Below are positions 38,501-58,960 of a DNA stretch of 64,000 bases, in pieces (the stretch's first letter is position 1; every line of letters begins with the position of its first letter). Below the pieces are notes generated by a model. That model had not been told where the DNA came from and did no database searches. It saw only the letters and a list, made by a program, of their open reading frames with translations. Both the position numbers and the translations under genes were made by a program. Location of the stretch: NCBI RefSeq assembly GCF_009914755.1, contig NC_060929.1; one strand, given 5' to 3'. This DNA comes from the human T2T-CHM13v2.0 reference genome, Homo sapiens.

Positions 38501-40859
38501 GAATTTTCAAAACTGACACTGTAGGGGTGAAGTTTTTCTATATTATTGAAAAGTGGAAATAATTACTAAACCTGATGAGAATGTTTGACAATTAGTTATA
38601 AAGTATATGTTGTAATTTAAACACCATGTGACTAACTTCTGTTAGATAAGTGAATATGTATGCTTTGCACATTGAAATAACACCTGAGAAAACCACTAAG
38701 TTTGTTGTTTAGTTTTCGCCTAAAACCATAAATTTTCAGAGAAAGGACAAGTGGGGCTGCTCTAAGATATGGGCTTCATGAGAATCTTCCACATTTTCAC
38801 TCAGAGGTACTCTTACCTATCTCTGGGCAAACATGTTAGGGAATATAGGAATATTTGATTTCTTCTTGAGCTGATTGTCCCTATAGCATTAAATACCATA
38901 AAGTTTAGATCATTTTTCCCTCTAATAGCTTAATTCACCAGTTAGGTCAAATCTTTCAGATGTGAGATTTTTAAAATTTATGATTTGCTAAGAGATTTTC
39001 TTCACAGTAGAGGAAATTGAAGATGGAATATGTAATCTTTCCACTGTACTTTCCTACAATTATAAAAAGTAACCAAACTTCCCTAAAAATAATAGACAAT
39101 TTCTTAAATTCTTTTAGGATATCCAAATCCATGGTCACTTAACTTTGTTCAAAACATCTTTGCCTCTAATTGTGTTAGAGTAAATTTTGTTGGAATTTGC
39201 CCTTGAGGTTACTCCCTAACCACGTCCACAAACATTCTTTTCATATTGTCACATCTAAAGAAGATCCTTCAGCCGTTTCATTTACATCAAGTGCCTCCCC
39301 TCTCGGTGTGAGCTTAAGTGAGAGCATAGGGCACACCAGGAAAGCTTCAGCCACTGAATGCTGATGAAGTGATAACTTCAAAGAAGATGTCATTGGCTCG
39401 TCACAGCAGGTTGGCAGCTGCAAGACAGGGAGCTCAAGTGTTATGCGCTCAGTGATTCCTATCCTTTGTGACTGCAGAATAGACTTAACACAGTGATTTC
39501 TAAGTTATGTCATGTATCTAGGTACCATTGCTAATATGAGAATTTATAAGAGATGTCTAAGAAACGGTGGCATAATATCTCAGAACACAAGTTGTCTATA
39601 TAACCCTGTTAGTGTTTTGAAAGTTTTGGAATCTCAAGACTTGACATTGTCTTGTAAGCATTTTTTTTTTAAATGAAGCTACATATGTCTTTCTATAGCA
39701 GAGTCAGAGTGATGGATATATTGTCACCTGCTTTGGCAGACTCATTGAATATTCTTGAGGCAGAGCAAATGGGAGGACTGAATTCCCAAGATTTTGCCCT
39801 TTCACACTCCATGCACCCTACTATTCCCCTCAGTCTCCTCACTATGCATCAAAACTAGCAGGTAAATCCTTGGCTCATGATGCATCCATAAGCTTTTCTC
39901 TCACTTTTCTAAAATATTAGAATCATCAAAATAATCATAGTCATATTTTTGTGATTTAGGATTAATATAACCTACAGTCAGTGATATAATATAGATTATG
40001 TCATAGCAATGAAAGAAGAATTTGGAAAAAAATAATCTCTGGTATAAAAGCCATAACTCAAAGCACATATTCAACTTAAAGATAGGCTTTAGGTTTTCAT
40101 TAAAACCCTAAAATCTTTAATTCTTGCTGTGTACTTTAAGAGTTAGAAACACATATTTAAGATAACTCTATCTTACATACAACTTGAGTATGCATTAAAT
40201 TCATTCATAAAATTTTAGTGACAGCCAAGGCTGCTTTTAAACACTGCCTACTAACATTCTATTTCTGAATGTATAAGGAAGCTACTCATTCACTTTCATT
40301 AAGGAAAAGTTGATTAAATACTTTTTCAAAGTACTATTAATAGTTTACAGGGATTCATGCTTCTCTCATTAGTACTTCAACTCACATTCCTATAAGGTGA
40401 GTCAAAATATCCAGAATTTAAAAAATACTCTGAATAAACAATTATTCCTATAGAGTTAATTCTATAAATCAGGCACACTGAATATCACTTAGCATTTAAC
40501 CTAAACAAAAACAATATTACATACAAAATGGAATGGGCTCAAAAATGAGCTCACATTCAAGTCTATGAAAGGTTTCATTTTGTGGATTCACACCCCTCAA
40601 CCCCAGCATTATGACACTATGAGGTGTACTTAATATTTGCTCTTCTTGATAAATCAGATGAACTAAAATCAAATGACAGATTTTTAACGAGGATCCTAAC
40701 CATCTAAGTTCTCACAAAGACTCAAATTTCACAGTCCCCTTTTTCCTTGCCTCATGTCCCTTGAGGTAAAGGTTTGGATTTAGTGTATTGTTAAATGTCT
40801 GCTATACACTAGGCTTTGGCTTACATATTTTCACACATGTAATCTCCATTCATTTTTAG

Positions 40860-41162
40860 TTTTTAATTTTTATTATTTTTGGAGATGGCATCTTGCTCTG
40901 TCTCCCAGGCTGGAGTACAGTGGCACGATCACAGCTCACTGAAGCCTTGAACTCCTGGGGGCTCAAGTGATCTTCTGTTTGAGCCTCCCCGTAGCTGGGA
41001 CTACAAGCATTCAACACTACTCCTGGCTAATTAAAAAAAAATTGTAGGGATAGAGTGTCACTATGTTGTCCAGGCTGGTCTCAAACTCCTGGCATCAAGC
41101 AATCCTCCCACCGACACCTCCCAAAGTGCTTGAATTACAGTTACAAGCCTCCACACCAGGCC
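40860..41162 (-). mobile_element. AluJ
   Basis: Antisense dimer, gatcacagctcactgaagccttgaactcctgg. Confidence 0.92.
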
Positions 41163-41926
41163 TAATTTTAAGTTTTTAAATGGCACACACATACATACCC
41201 CATACCTCTCTCAATAGCACAAATAAAAGGGAAGTTTGTTGGAGTTTTTGAAACCACTAAAGGCCTGGTTTGGGTTAACATGCAATGTCAGTAAATGTGA
41301 ATAAATATATTTTCATGGATTGTGTTCATAGAAAGATTTGGCCTGATTATTTGAATAGGTATAGTTGCCACACATCCTGAAACAAAGCGAATTTGTTTCA
41401 CATCTGTTCTGTGTCTATAGTACTTCACATTATCTTGATATAAAGGACATTTGTTTTGCTTACTCTCAGCCTGTAGCCCTGAAGTCTGCTTAGGATTGCT
41501 TCACGTTTATCCTAGATGATTCTGTGATTTCTCCAGAAACAGTAAAAAAGGTATGCATGTTATTAACAGTACTGTTTCTACTTTGATCTTTATCACCACA
41601 CTTCTGCTGAGTCTTATACATGTTCACATTCTCACAAGTGGTATTTGCAGACACCACCTCAACTATGTGCTCTAAGTTAGCTTCACCAACTTTTACATCA
41701 AGGATTTTAGGAGAAACTAGGGAGAAATTAGCAAATTTCTGTGGTTGAAAAGCCTGTTTTATTATTATTACTCGATAGCAGTGCTGTTTGAGTATGTCAA
41801 AGCAAAACTACTGTTCTCCTCTCCTCAATGTCTCTAGAACTTCATTCACTGTTTACCACCTCCCACTTCTGATTCATTTATCTCCCTTCCTACAAATCAT
41901 TGTTTCCTGTAGAAAAGCTAACTCTA

Positions 41927-42195
41927 CCGAGGCAGGCAGATTATGAGGTCAGGAGTTTGAGACCAGCCTGGCCAACATAGTGAAACCCCATCTCTACTAA
42001 AAATACAAAAAATTAGCTGGGCCTGGTGGTGGGCGCCTATAATTCTGGCTATTTGGGAGGTTGAGGCAGGAGAATTGCTTGAACTCCTGGGAGGCAGAGG
42101 TTGCAGCGAGCCAAGATTGCATCATTGCACTCCAGCTCCGGCCACAGTGTGAGGCTGTGTCTCAAAAAAAAAAAAAAAAAAGAAAAGAAAAAGAA
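41927..42195 (+). mobile_element. Alu (AluS-type), 5'-truncated
   Basis: Begins at ccgaggcaggcagat; imperfect TSD ending in taactcta. Confidence 0.92.
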
Positions 42196-42239
42196 ACGTT
42201 AACTCTAACAACGCACATCTTATTTTTAAAAAAGTCCCC

Positions 42240-42530
42240 TTGACCCACTTCCTTTTACTTTAGATTTTCATTTATTTCTCTTCCCTTAATAGCAAAATTT
42301 TATGGAAAACACATTAATATATCTTGCCTCTATTTCCTAACTACCCATCCAAGCTTCAGTTCATTCCAATTTGGCTTCTATCTCCAGCTTACTAACAAAA
42401 CTGTTCTTGTCAGTGACCTCCACTTTTCCAAATTCCATTAGATTTTTACTCATATTGTGGAGATTCTCAGCAGCACTTGACGTAGTTACACTATTTTTCT
42501 GAAAATGATGAAACTGGAAGCTCTTATCTT
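42240..42530. mobile_element. L2 remnant
   Basis: ccaatttggcttctatctcc...aaactgttcttgtcagtgacctccacttttccaaattcca...ctcagcagcacttgac. Confidence 0.6.
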
Positions 42531-42569
42531 TTCCTCTACCCACTGATATACCAAGTAAACATCTGTTCA

Positions 42570-48985
<6,416 letters not shown>

Positions 48986-49485
48986 CCTAGATCAATAATC
49001 CCAAGATTATTGTTTTAATAATTCAAAGAATCTTCTGAACAGCCCTGTTATACATTATCTACAGCCCTAAATATGATCAACTGTTTGTCTCATGAATGCC
49101 ATTTTTAAAGGAATTTAAGAGAAATAGTTATGCATGTAATTTAATCAGCATGAATGTTTTTCAACATGTGATTAATAAAACATTAGCTATATATCAACTA
49201 CTAAATAAGATTTTGATACATTGTCATGATAGAAAACCAAACAGCATATTTAAGTGTATACATGTAAAACAAACAAACAAACAACTATTTATAACATTAA
49301 AATAAGAGCTGAAAATACTAACTATGTGGAATTAGTATTCATAGCAGTAATCTCTAGATAGTGGATTTTAAAATATTTGATTGTGTATGTCTTTTTGTAT
49401 TAAAATTATTTATAATATATTACATTCATAATAAGAAAATTTAAGTACGTAAATAAAAGGCTTGTCTAATCCCTGTTAGGTTTTC

Positions 49486-49779
49486 TCTTTTTTTCTTTTT
49501 TTTTTTTTTTCCTGAGACAGTGTTGCTCTGTCACCCAGGCTGGAGTGCAATGGTGCAATCTTGGCTCACTGTAACCTCTGCCTCCTGGGTTCAAGCAATT
49601 CCTACCTGCTTCAGCCTCCTGAGTAGCTGGGCACCACTGCGCCCAGCTAATTTTTGTATTTGTAGTAGAGACAGGGTTTCATCATGTTAGCCAGGCTGGT
49701 CTCAAACTCCTGACCTTATGATCCACCCGCCTCAGCCTCCCAAAGTGCTGGGATTAGGTGTGAGCCACCTTGTCTGGCC
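49486..49779 (-). mobile_element. Alu (AluS-type)
   Basis: Antisense dimer with small internal deletions; TSD aggttttct. Confidence 0.93.
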
Positions 49780-50179
49780 AGGTTTTCTTCACTAAAGAAA
49801 ATAGTGATGATTCTTCCTATTCAGACATCGCTAATATTCACTTCACTCACATTAGCCATTTTTTTCTTCCATATAAAATAAAGTCTTTGGCTTATTGGTA
49901 TAACATATATCTCTAATATATGTAATAATTTATCTTATCGATGCCTTGAAAGTAGTTAAGCCCAATATCTTCCCTCTATTTCATGTCTACAAACATTAGC
50001 AAAAAATTTTTATAATAATTTTTATAATAATGAGTCTAAACATAAAGATATCGTGTTGGCATTCATGAGATTTCATTTACATTGGCTTTTTAGTGAAAGA
50101 TCCATTGGAGCCTTGCTTCAATGATATAAATTTGCCCAAATAATAATAAGTATTTGGGCAAAAACTATATATCAAGTTC

Positions 50180-50362
50180 AGTCCTAGGCTCCTTAGATGT
50201 ATTTTATTGCTTAATTCTAATAATAGTGTATGATATGCTGCTAATGCCATCCCAAAAAGAAAATGAGGTTTGGAGTTATGAAGTGATTCTCCCAAAGGCA
50301 CGTAGCTAAGAAGAAGTGTGGATAGGATTCGAACCTAGGTCTACATAATTCCAAAGTCCATT
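50180..50362. mobile_element. MIR
   Basis: aagaaaatgaggtttggagttatgaagtgattctcccaaaggcacgtagctaag...ggattcgaacctaggtct. Confidence 0.75.
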
Positions 50363-50969
50363 AAGGCTGTTAGTCTGCATGCTATAGTAAACAGGTTGCT
50401 TCAGATTTGGAGGCTGTTCAACAGAAGACCACCTCCTGTGACCAGTTGTTTGTTGTTTTCACTAGTCTCCAAACATGTTTTTTGTTGCATACAACTTCAT
50501 TTAAAAAGTCATGTTGGTATTTGTCAAAAAATAGTGAAAGCCATAAGCATCAATAAGAGTAGAATTAAAGTCTTTATAAAATAAAAATCAAGCTAAACTT
50601 AGACTAACTTTGCAGTTTTAAATTTAAAGAAGTTTAGATTTATAAGCAGGTTAAGTGTAAATATAATGGAAACATTTCCTCTGAAAAACCATTATTTCCC
50701 ACTGTCTTCAATTAAAGGGTTGGATAGTTAGTTTGCCACTTAATATCCCTATTTAAAAAAGTGAGATGTCTTGGAATCACAAGGGAAGATTCATTGAAAT
50801 GGGGAAGAGACTCATTTGGAGATCAGATTCTAATCTTTTAATGCTGACAATTTGATCCTCTGAAGCCTCTTAAATGATTTAGCTACATAAGTTGTAGAAA
50901 GATTCAACTGTTCTGAAGAATTGTACTGGACTTTGTTAGTAACTTCTAACTCATTATCAAAACCAATGA

Positions 50970-51135
50970 ATAATAGAATTTTAGAGCTGGAGATGAACTG
51001 TTACAGTAATCTAGTCCTATTCTCTTAACAATGGAAAATTGTGAAAATGTATTTTAAAGTAGTTAAATTACTAGCTCAAAGTTTCACATCTAGCTATAGT
51101 AGATTCATTCAGCGGCCAAACTAGTAACCTTTCCA
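50970..51135. mobile_element. MIR
   Basis: atagaattttagagctggag...aatctagtcc...gctcaaagtttcacatctag. Confidence 0.55.
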
Positions 51136-52244
51136 CTAAAATTCAAGTTATAAATTTACACAAACTAGTCAATATTCATGTTCAATGTATAAATAGTTCT
51201 TGTTTGCTTAAGTCATTTGTTAGTTCTAGGAAATAATCCTAAAATGACTAGCTTGATATTTCACACCCAGCTAGATGATATTACATCACTATAAATAGAG
51301 ACTTCTACAATTAGGCCACTGCAATTAAATTATTACAATTATGAAATATTAGCAAAAATTTCAATCTGTTTCCATTCATACATTATGTAGTTCTTACATA
51401 TATGAATCATTTGTATTATGGACTTGGTTTTTGTAGAAATTAGTTGTCTAATAATTAATTCTAAAATACCAGAATCAGACTATGTGTGTACAGTTGAAAG
51501 CAAAAAATAAAAATAAAATTATGCTTAATAAAAGTTATCTAAGTAGAGAATCAGAGCTTACTTCGGAACACCATGAAGAATAACACAAATGTCTGGCCAT
51601 TTCTTTGTACGTAACCAGCAAGAAGAATCATCCACTCAAACAAGGCTATGTGACATGCCATAGAGGTTTAATGAGGCCAGCATGTTTCCTGAAAACTTGT
51701 CTTGCAAAAGGTTTCCCTGTTTACAGTATTTCTCTGCATACTAAGGTATTGCTCTGGCACATTCAAAAGTGAACAAAGAGCTAGTTGTTAATACAAAAAA
51801 AGCACCCCCCCTTTCCCATGTTATCTGATACCTCGTGGCTATAAGTGATCTAAAGATGTCTGGGTGCTGAAGCAAATAAATGGAAAGAAGCTGTTCTGAC
51901 ATTTGTACTCAGACTTTTGAGTGGAAAGTTAAATAAGTTCTGCTTCTTACAGCTTCTTATAGATAAGGATCTGTAGTGGGCTCATTTTCCCTTGGCCACT
52001 TTCCCACATCCTAATCCAGATTTTGCTGTCAGGTATAGTTACGCATTTCCTTGACTCCTGAGACCAGCACTTGGGTGGGATCTCTTCATGGATTTTAGAT
52101 ACTGAATCATTTTTGTTGTTGTTGTATGTAAATGGGACCTGTGGAGAATGATGGTAATCCTGGAGCTGCTTGGACTGAAATAAGAAAGAGGCCAGCTCTT
52201 AAAAGCACTCAAGTGGCACAAAAGAAGAACATATGGGTAAGTGG

Positions 52245-52758
52245 TCTACAAAGGTGGTCAGCAATAATTTCTCCCATCCTTGTTCATTCATGCATGCCGT
52301 GACTTCTATCAAGTAGTGAGGTATATGGCCCCATTCCTTGAACTGAGGCTGGCTGTGTGATTTACTTCAGTCAAATAGAATGGGCAGAAAGAATGTTCTG
52401 GGACTTCTGAGCCCAGAACTTGAGAGCCCTTGGACAGTCCCCTTTTGCTGTCTTGAAACCCATCTGCCATTTGCAGAAGTCTGGCTCCCTAAAGGCTGAG
52501 ACTCTAAAGCGGGGAGCGGGGCATGGGGGGAGGGGGAAGAGAGACCAAGACTGTCCCAGTTACTTCAGCCATCTCAAGTGAGGCCACAGACACATCAGTG
52601 AAGCCATCTTAGACTTGCTAGCATATTCCAGGTTCAGCTGAAGAACTTCCCAGATGAACCCAGCCAACTTTAGGAATCATGAGAGGTAACAAATCATGGC
52701 TGTTTGAAGCTGCTAAATTTGGGGGTAGTTTGTTATGTACAAACTAATGACTGAAACA
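52245..52758 (+). mobile_element. MaLR LTR (MLT1G/H-like)
   Basis: ggctgtgtgatttacttcagtcaaatagaatgggcagaaag...gacttctgagcccag...gctaaatttgggggtagtttgttatgtac...actgaaaca. Confidence 0.8.
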
Positions 52759-53329
52759 GAATCGTGTTACAGTTGGCATAGCAAATAATCTAACTTCAGC
52801 CCCACTACCTTCTGTGAATCTGCTTTTGCTATGATTTCTCTACTGTATTTGTTACCTCTGATTACGCATTTTCGAAACTTTAAATGTCTCAATATTTCAA
52901 ACATGGTTCTAAATTAAGCTACTAAATCATCTCCAGAAAACTGTGCTATTTTAAAGCGATGATTACTTTACCTATTTACTTTGCTCTCTAGCAATTCTTC
53001 TGAGCCATACATCTGAGCACCATCTTCCTATTGCCTCTCTTTCATAGTTCATCAGCCATGATATTTTTACATTTGTGACTAGAACATCTCACAGATGTGT
53101 CCCTTCATTTTCTTCCCATTTAAACATAAAGGACTCAATATTTATTACCTGAGCTAAATAAACCATCTCCTACATTGTTTCCTTGTCCTTAAACTAAAAC
53201 GATTTTTCCAAACTGCATATAAAATCATGTAATTTTCTGCTTTAAATCACTAAATGGCTCTCCCTACCATGGGAGAGCTTCCTATTCAGTGTGTTGGGCA
53301 CAATAATGGGTACGCATATTGGTGAGTCT

Positions 53330-54178
53330 ATAAGTGTTTAACAACCTGCTTTCCATGATAAAAAGTATATACAGACACATACATGTATAAGTTTATTATG
53401 TTTTACTGATATAAAGAGTGCACAGCACATAATTTATAAGTAACAACATATGCATTACCCTTTCTTGTAAATTCCATATTGCCAATGAATTCTAACAGAT
53501 TTTTTGTTGATTTTTGCCAAACTGATGTATCTGGAACAAAAATATAGTTCATAAGCAACTGTAGTTTCTGACATGAATGTTAATATTTTCAGTTATATTT
53601 ATGGGTATGATGAAAATGAACAGTGACGTATGTTAGAACTTCACTCATTAATGGCAACTGAATCAGACAACAGTTTTCAAATACATATAGCATATTTCAA
53701 TTTTTGTACTACTCACAATATAAAAACTTTAGATACAGCACACTTAAGTGTAATCTGAATTATTAACATTTTCTCCACCACTTTCTTAGGCCCAGACAAC
53801 CAATCAACAAAACAACAAATAAAAAGCTGATTTGTAGAGTTTGCTGATTTTTTCCTGGCATGATTTTTCCTGGCCTCTCCATAGCCAATTTCAAGCTATC
53901 AACATGATGTCACTATAGGAGGAATTGGAAAGATGCATAGTAGTACAGAATTATATAGTATTTCTATTACTCTAGTCAAGTAGAAATAACCTCACAAGCA
54001 TACAAAGAGTACAGTATAGTTAAAATCATTGGGAAGTTATAAGTTTTGAATATTTATTACCTTTGTTTTTAATTTGCTTAATTATAAGTTTAATATGATC
54101 TCTAATAATGGCTATGTTAATCAACTAGCTTGCATAATTCTTGAGACTTAAACAATCTACCCTGTCTTGCCAGTATTA
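53330..54178 (-). mobile_element. MER63-family (hAT-Blackjack) DNA transposon
   Basis: aagtgtttaacaacc...gctgatttgtagagtttgctgatt...gccaatttcaagctatcaacatgatgtcact resemble antisense MER63. Confidence 0.7.
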
Positions 54179-55589
54179 TTACCCGGCTCAGGCACCCCAA
54201 CCTGTTGTGCCCAAGACCTCCATCTGTTTGCCTCTAGAGGAAGCTGGTAAAGCTCAGGCCTCAGTAATAGCTGAGCTTCTGGCCCTCATCCTCATGTGGA
54301 GAACTGTAGCCAATTTTTCACTTTGTAAATCAATCCTCCATGAAATGATCCTTTGCCCATGCAGACAGAGATGACTACTTATTCCCTTATGCCCTACTTT
54401 TACTTAGTTCTATGTCCTGCAATATCTATTACAAATATCATGACTATTTGTCATTTTCCTAATACATTAACAGTTATAATAGTCTGTAGTAAGGAACTGT
54501 GACCTATAACAGGTATTTTGCTTGTTATGTAAGAATAAATGTATGAAAAGTGAGTGGGTTGTTAGGGCTGACAGAGAACAGAAGATTGAAAATTACCGCC
54601 AGAATGCAGAGCTCTCTATCATCCTGGGCAAACCAACTGTCATTATCATCATCTAACATGAAAACCACCAGAGTGGTTCACTTTATTCAGAGTTAGTGAG
54701 ATAGCACTGAAGAATAACAGAGCAGTCTGTCATCACTCTCCTAAGTAAATGATCAGTAAGTTCCTAAGAAGACCAAAATACTTCAAAGATTCTCCTTGGC
54801 AGAATCTGGCAAGATACTACACTACACACTTTGATGGAAACTTTAAAGTAATGAGAGTAGTCAGAGATAAAGCCAGTATAAACCTTAGTGATACAGAAGC
54901 TTTGTGAAGCAAGAAGGACTGACATACTTCTGATTAGTATTTCCTCAACACATGCGTAATCTCAGGATCAACTGGCAATATTATAATCACTTCTAGGAAA
55001 AAAAAAAGTCAACATCTATGGAAAATAACTGCAGAGCTTTGTGATGTTTTCCAAATACCACTATTATTTGAGCTTAAAAGCAAAGCAGTAAAGGCTGAAT
55101 CCTGTCTATATTGCCTTCTTCCAATTAAATGTGTAGCTTATGTTTCAACATGTTCTGTTGTGAGGAACTCAATACATCTCTCACTGCTTAGGCTGTATTT
55201 GGCAAAACATGAAAACCAATAAGGCTGATAATAGGAGTCTGAAAGCCAGTCTCTGCACTACTTTCAAATCTATTCTTCTGGGCTGGGTAAAGCCTGGCAA
55301 AAGATTATACCACACCATGAAGGTCCTACATGACCATGGGTAGCCCTTGGCAGCAGGGCAAAAGGAGCTCTAAAAAAGATTAAAAAATCTGCATGCTTCC
55401 CACACTGACGTACACATCATCACAGGATGACCAGCTTGGCATGACCACGTTTTGTTAATACGGTGTAAATTGTTGAGGTTGCCACAGATCTGTAATAATA
55501 AAAATCAAAACATTTTTTGAACACCTACTCTATTCAATGCTTATTATCACCCATTTTGTAACAACATTAATGTTAATTGCTTATAGTAA

Positions 55590-55785
55590 ATGAAGAAATG
55601 TACCAACATGTTGAATATTCTTATACCAGAACTTGTAGAAAATCTTACATGTGATATCCATATTTATAGATAAATTCAGAGACTCATTGAGGTGAATCTA
55701 CACATCCCAGTTTACACAGGTGGGAAGTGGCAGAGCTAAATTTGAATACAGACCTAACTTGAAGGTTTATGTCCTTGAACCTACA
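55590..55785. mobile_element. MIR
   Basis: atccatatttatagataaattcagagactca...acacaggtgggaagtggcagagctaaatttgaatacagac. Confidence 0.7.
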
Positions 55786-56054
55786 GCATTCAATAAAGAC
55801 ATACTTCATGCATTAACGTTAAAGTTCCACAAGTTTATGCTGTTAATAATTAGTCAAATGTCAACAATGGCATCTTTAAAAAGAGGTTAGCAATAGCAAC
55901 ACAATTCATCTCACTGTGCTGAAACATAAGCACCTAAAATATTTGGATGTCGATATTCATGTCTAAACATATTCAGACATGCGTTGAAATGCAGAAAATT
56001 ATGGGGTTCCTCACTTTTTGCTATGCATATTCCTTACTAGGATAAAGTTTATTT

Positions 56055-56290
56055 CTTTCATTCAGCAAATATTTATTGATTGTGGGTCAGGAAATGTGCT
56101 AAGCCTTCCTAATGCCCAATAAACAAGGCAAGAAGGGCTCTTGCTACCCAATGAACATTATAGTTGAAGAAACAGATATATAAATAAATAAATAGTAAAC
56201 AGGTGAATGAATATCTATGATCATTACAAACTGTAAAACTTATTATGAAGGAAATAAACACTGTGATGTGGCAGAGAGTAACTAGAAGGC
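56055..56290. mobile_element. L2 3' end remnant
   Basis: ttcattcagcaaatatttattgattgtgggtcagg...aatgaacattatagttg. Confidence 0.7.
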
Positions 56291-56893
56291 AACTACTGAC
56301 AGCCAAATAATTTCTTATTGGTATTGTTTTCAACAGCAGTAGCACCAAGAGGGAATATTTGAGGCTTTCTTGGAAGGAAATATGTACAAGTGTTTATGTG
56401 TGTGCATGTGCATGTCTGTGTGTGTATGTATGTGAGGGGCAGAATTACACACTGATTGATGCTGCAGGTGCTATGGAAAAAGGAAGAAGCTTTATCAAGT
56501 GATAATTGTTTCTGAAACCCTCCTCATGTGTCAGCAACTTTTAGTTTTTTGCAGGTAATGATTTTTGGTTTCCATTTTGGAAAACTAAACTTCCCTCTCT
56601 TCTATATAGGATTCAACTGTATCACAACTACAGATATTTGAGTCAGTGGGTTTCCCAGGAACTATGAGAAAAAAGTGGCGTGAGTTGAAAGAACCAAGAG
56701 CCCCAATTCTAGTCGGGGAAACCCTGCTCCCTAGGATATGTCCTTGCACAGGTTATAACCATTCTTTGCAGTCTCTAAAATGAGAGAGTTGCATTCACCA
56801 AATGATCTCTGAGATTCATTCCAGCTCTAAAAATCTCTGATCCTGTGTTTAGGAGTTGAAAAACAAATTAACTGAATTACTAACTACAGATTA

Positions 56894-56990
56894 TGTGTGT
56901 GTATATTTACGCACACACACATACATATACACACAATAATATATAATAATATAGTACATAATGTATATAGTTATACTATACACTATAGTT
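56894..56990. repeat. CA/TA low-complexity repeat
   Basis: Visible dinucleotide runs. Confidence 0.8.
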
Positions 56991-57164
56991 TTTTTAATGT
57001 ATTGAGAAAGAGAAGTGGAGAAAATTTATTAAAGTAGGGAACACAATTGTCTGTTTGAAATATCCTTTAATACTCTATATTCTGAATACTGATTCAGAAA
57101 ATCTAAACACATTACTGTAAAGACTTTTGGTGTGTACAACACTTGACTATTTAAAAGTTTTCTA

Positions 57165-57500
<336 letters not shown>

Positions 57501-58025
57501 CTAATCTATTGTCTTCATTTTGGAGAGGAAATGGCAACCAAGAATGATGAGGAAATTGCTATTGGCCAAGAACACAGCAGCAGAAGAAGCAATGGCAGAA
57601 CTGGTCCCAGGTCTCCCACGGTTGTCTCAGATCAACTCTGGATCACATCACTTCACATATTAAGTTTTCCCATTTGAACCAGCCATGTTCTATTTCTGAT
57701 CTTTGTCCTTCTTTGTTGTGCTAATTTTATTAGTATTACTAATATTTTGGAGATATATTTCAACCAATATTATCATGACATTGTTTCTGATTCCAGACAA
57801 TCATATTATAACTCCAGGTTACTGCTCATTAAAAAAAAAAAAAAAACTAGGGCAATACATTGTCACTTAATCTACATGCTTTGTTCTTTGCTCCTTTCGA
57901 ACTGTATCTTCTCCTTAATGATAAAACCAAATTACTACACTATCATTAGAACAATGACAGTTTTACTGACTACACAGGATTTCAGATTTTATATACGGCA
58001 TCAAAATCAAGAAATCAAGTCAAGT

Positions 58026-58350
<325 letters not shown>

Positions 58351-58474
58351 TTAAGTTTTGTAATGCTTTCCCCCCTTGTGACGATGTTCATGCCATTCCT
58401 AACAAAGAAGGAAATAAAGTGGGAATTATAATCATGGACACTCTTCTTAAAATTCTTAGATTAATCTGGCTACC

Positions 58475-58960
58475 CAAATGAAAACATGCATCCACACAAA
58501 AACTTGTACACAAATAGTCATAGCATTATTCATACTAGTCAAAGAGTGGACACAACCTAAACATCCATCAAATGATAAATGGACAAACAAAACATGGTAT
58601 ACCTATAAAATGAAATATTTGGGAATAGAAAGAAATGAAGCAATATATGTGCTATATCATGTTGGGTGAAATAACCAGTCACTGGAAACTACATAGTATA
58701 TGATTCATTTATATAAGAAGTCTACAATGTGCAAATCTAGAGAGACAGGAAGTAGACTAAGGGGTAGCTGGGGCTAGGAGGTGTAGAAAGAGGGAATGGG
58801 AAGTACTCAACTACTGAAGTTGAGTACTTCCTTGGGTTGCTTTACAGGGTGATAAAAATGTTCTAAGGTTGGATTGTGGTGATATTTGCATAACTCTGTT
58901 AATACACTAAAACCACCAAATTTTACACTTCAAAGTGGTGAATTTCATTGTATATGAAGA
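58475..58960 (+). mobile_element. Old L1 3' end (L1MB/ME-like)
   Basis: aaatgaaaacatgcatccacacaaaaacttgtacacaaat...gggtgataaaaatgttctaagg...ctctgttaatacactaaaaccacc. Confidence 0.8.
58799..58831. repeat. Perfect inverted repeat, 14-bp arms with 5-nt loop
   Basis: ggaagtactcaact-actga-agttgagtacttcc. Confidence 0.95.

Noticed and set aside
39241-39423. Protein-like 60-aa minus-strand ORF (LPTCCDEP...SSLDVTI) as a terminal coding exon
   Set aside because: No recognisable homology, no clear nearby polyA signal and no convincing upstream coding exons; kept only as a candidate non-coding exon.
50295-50345. tRNA-like segment (ggattcgaacc)
   Set aside because: It is the tRNA-derived head of a MIR; no cloverleaf can be formed.
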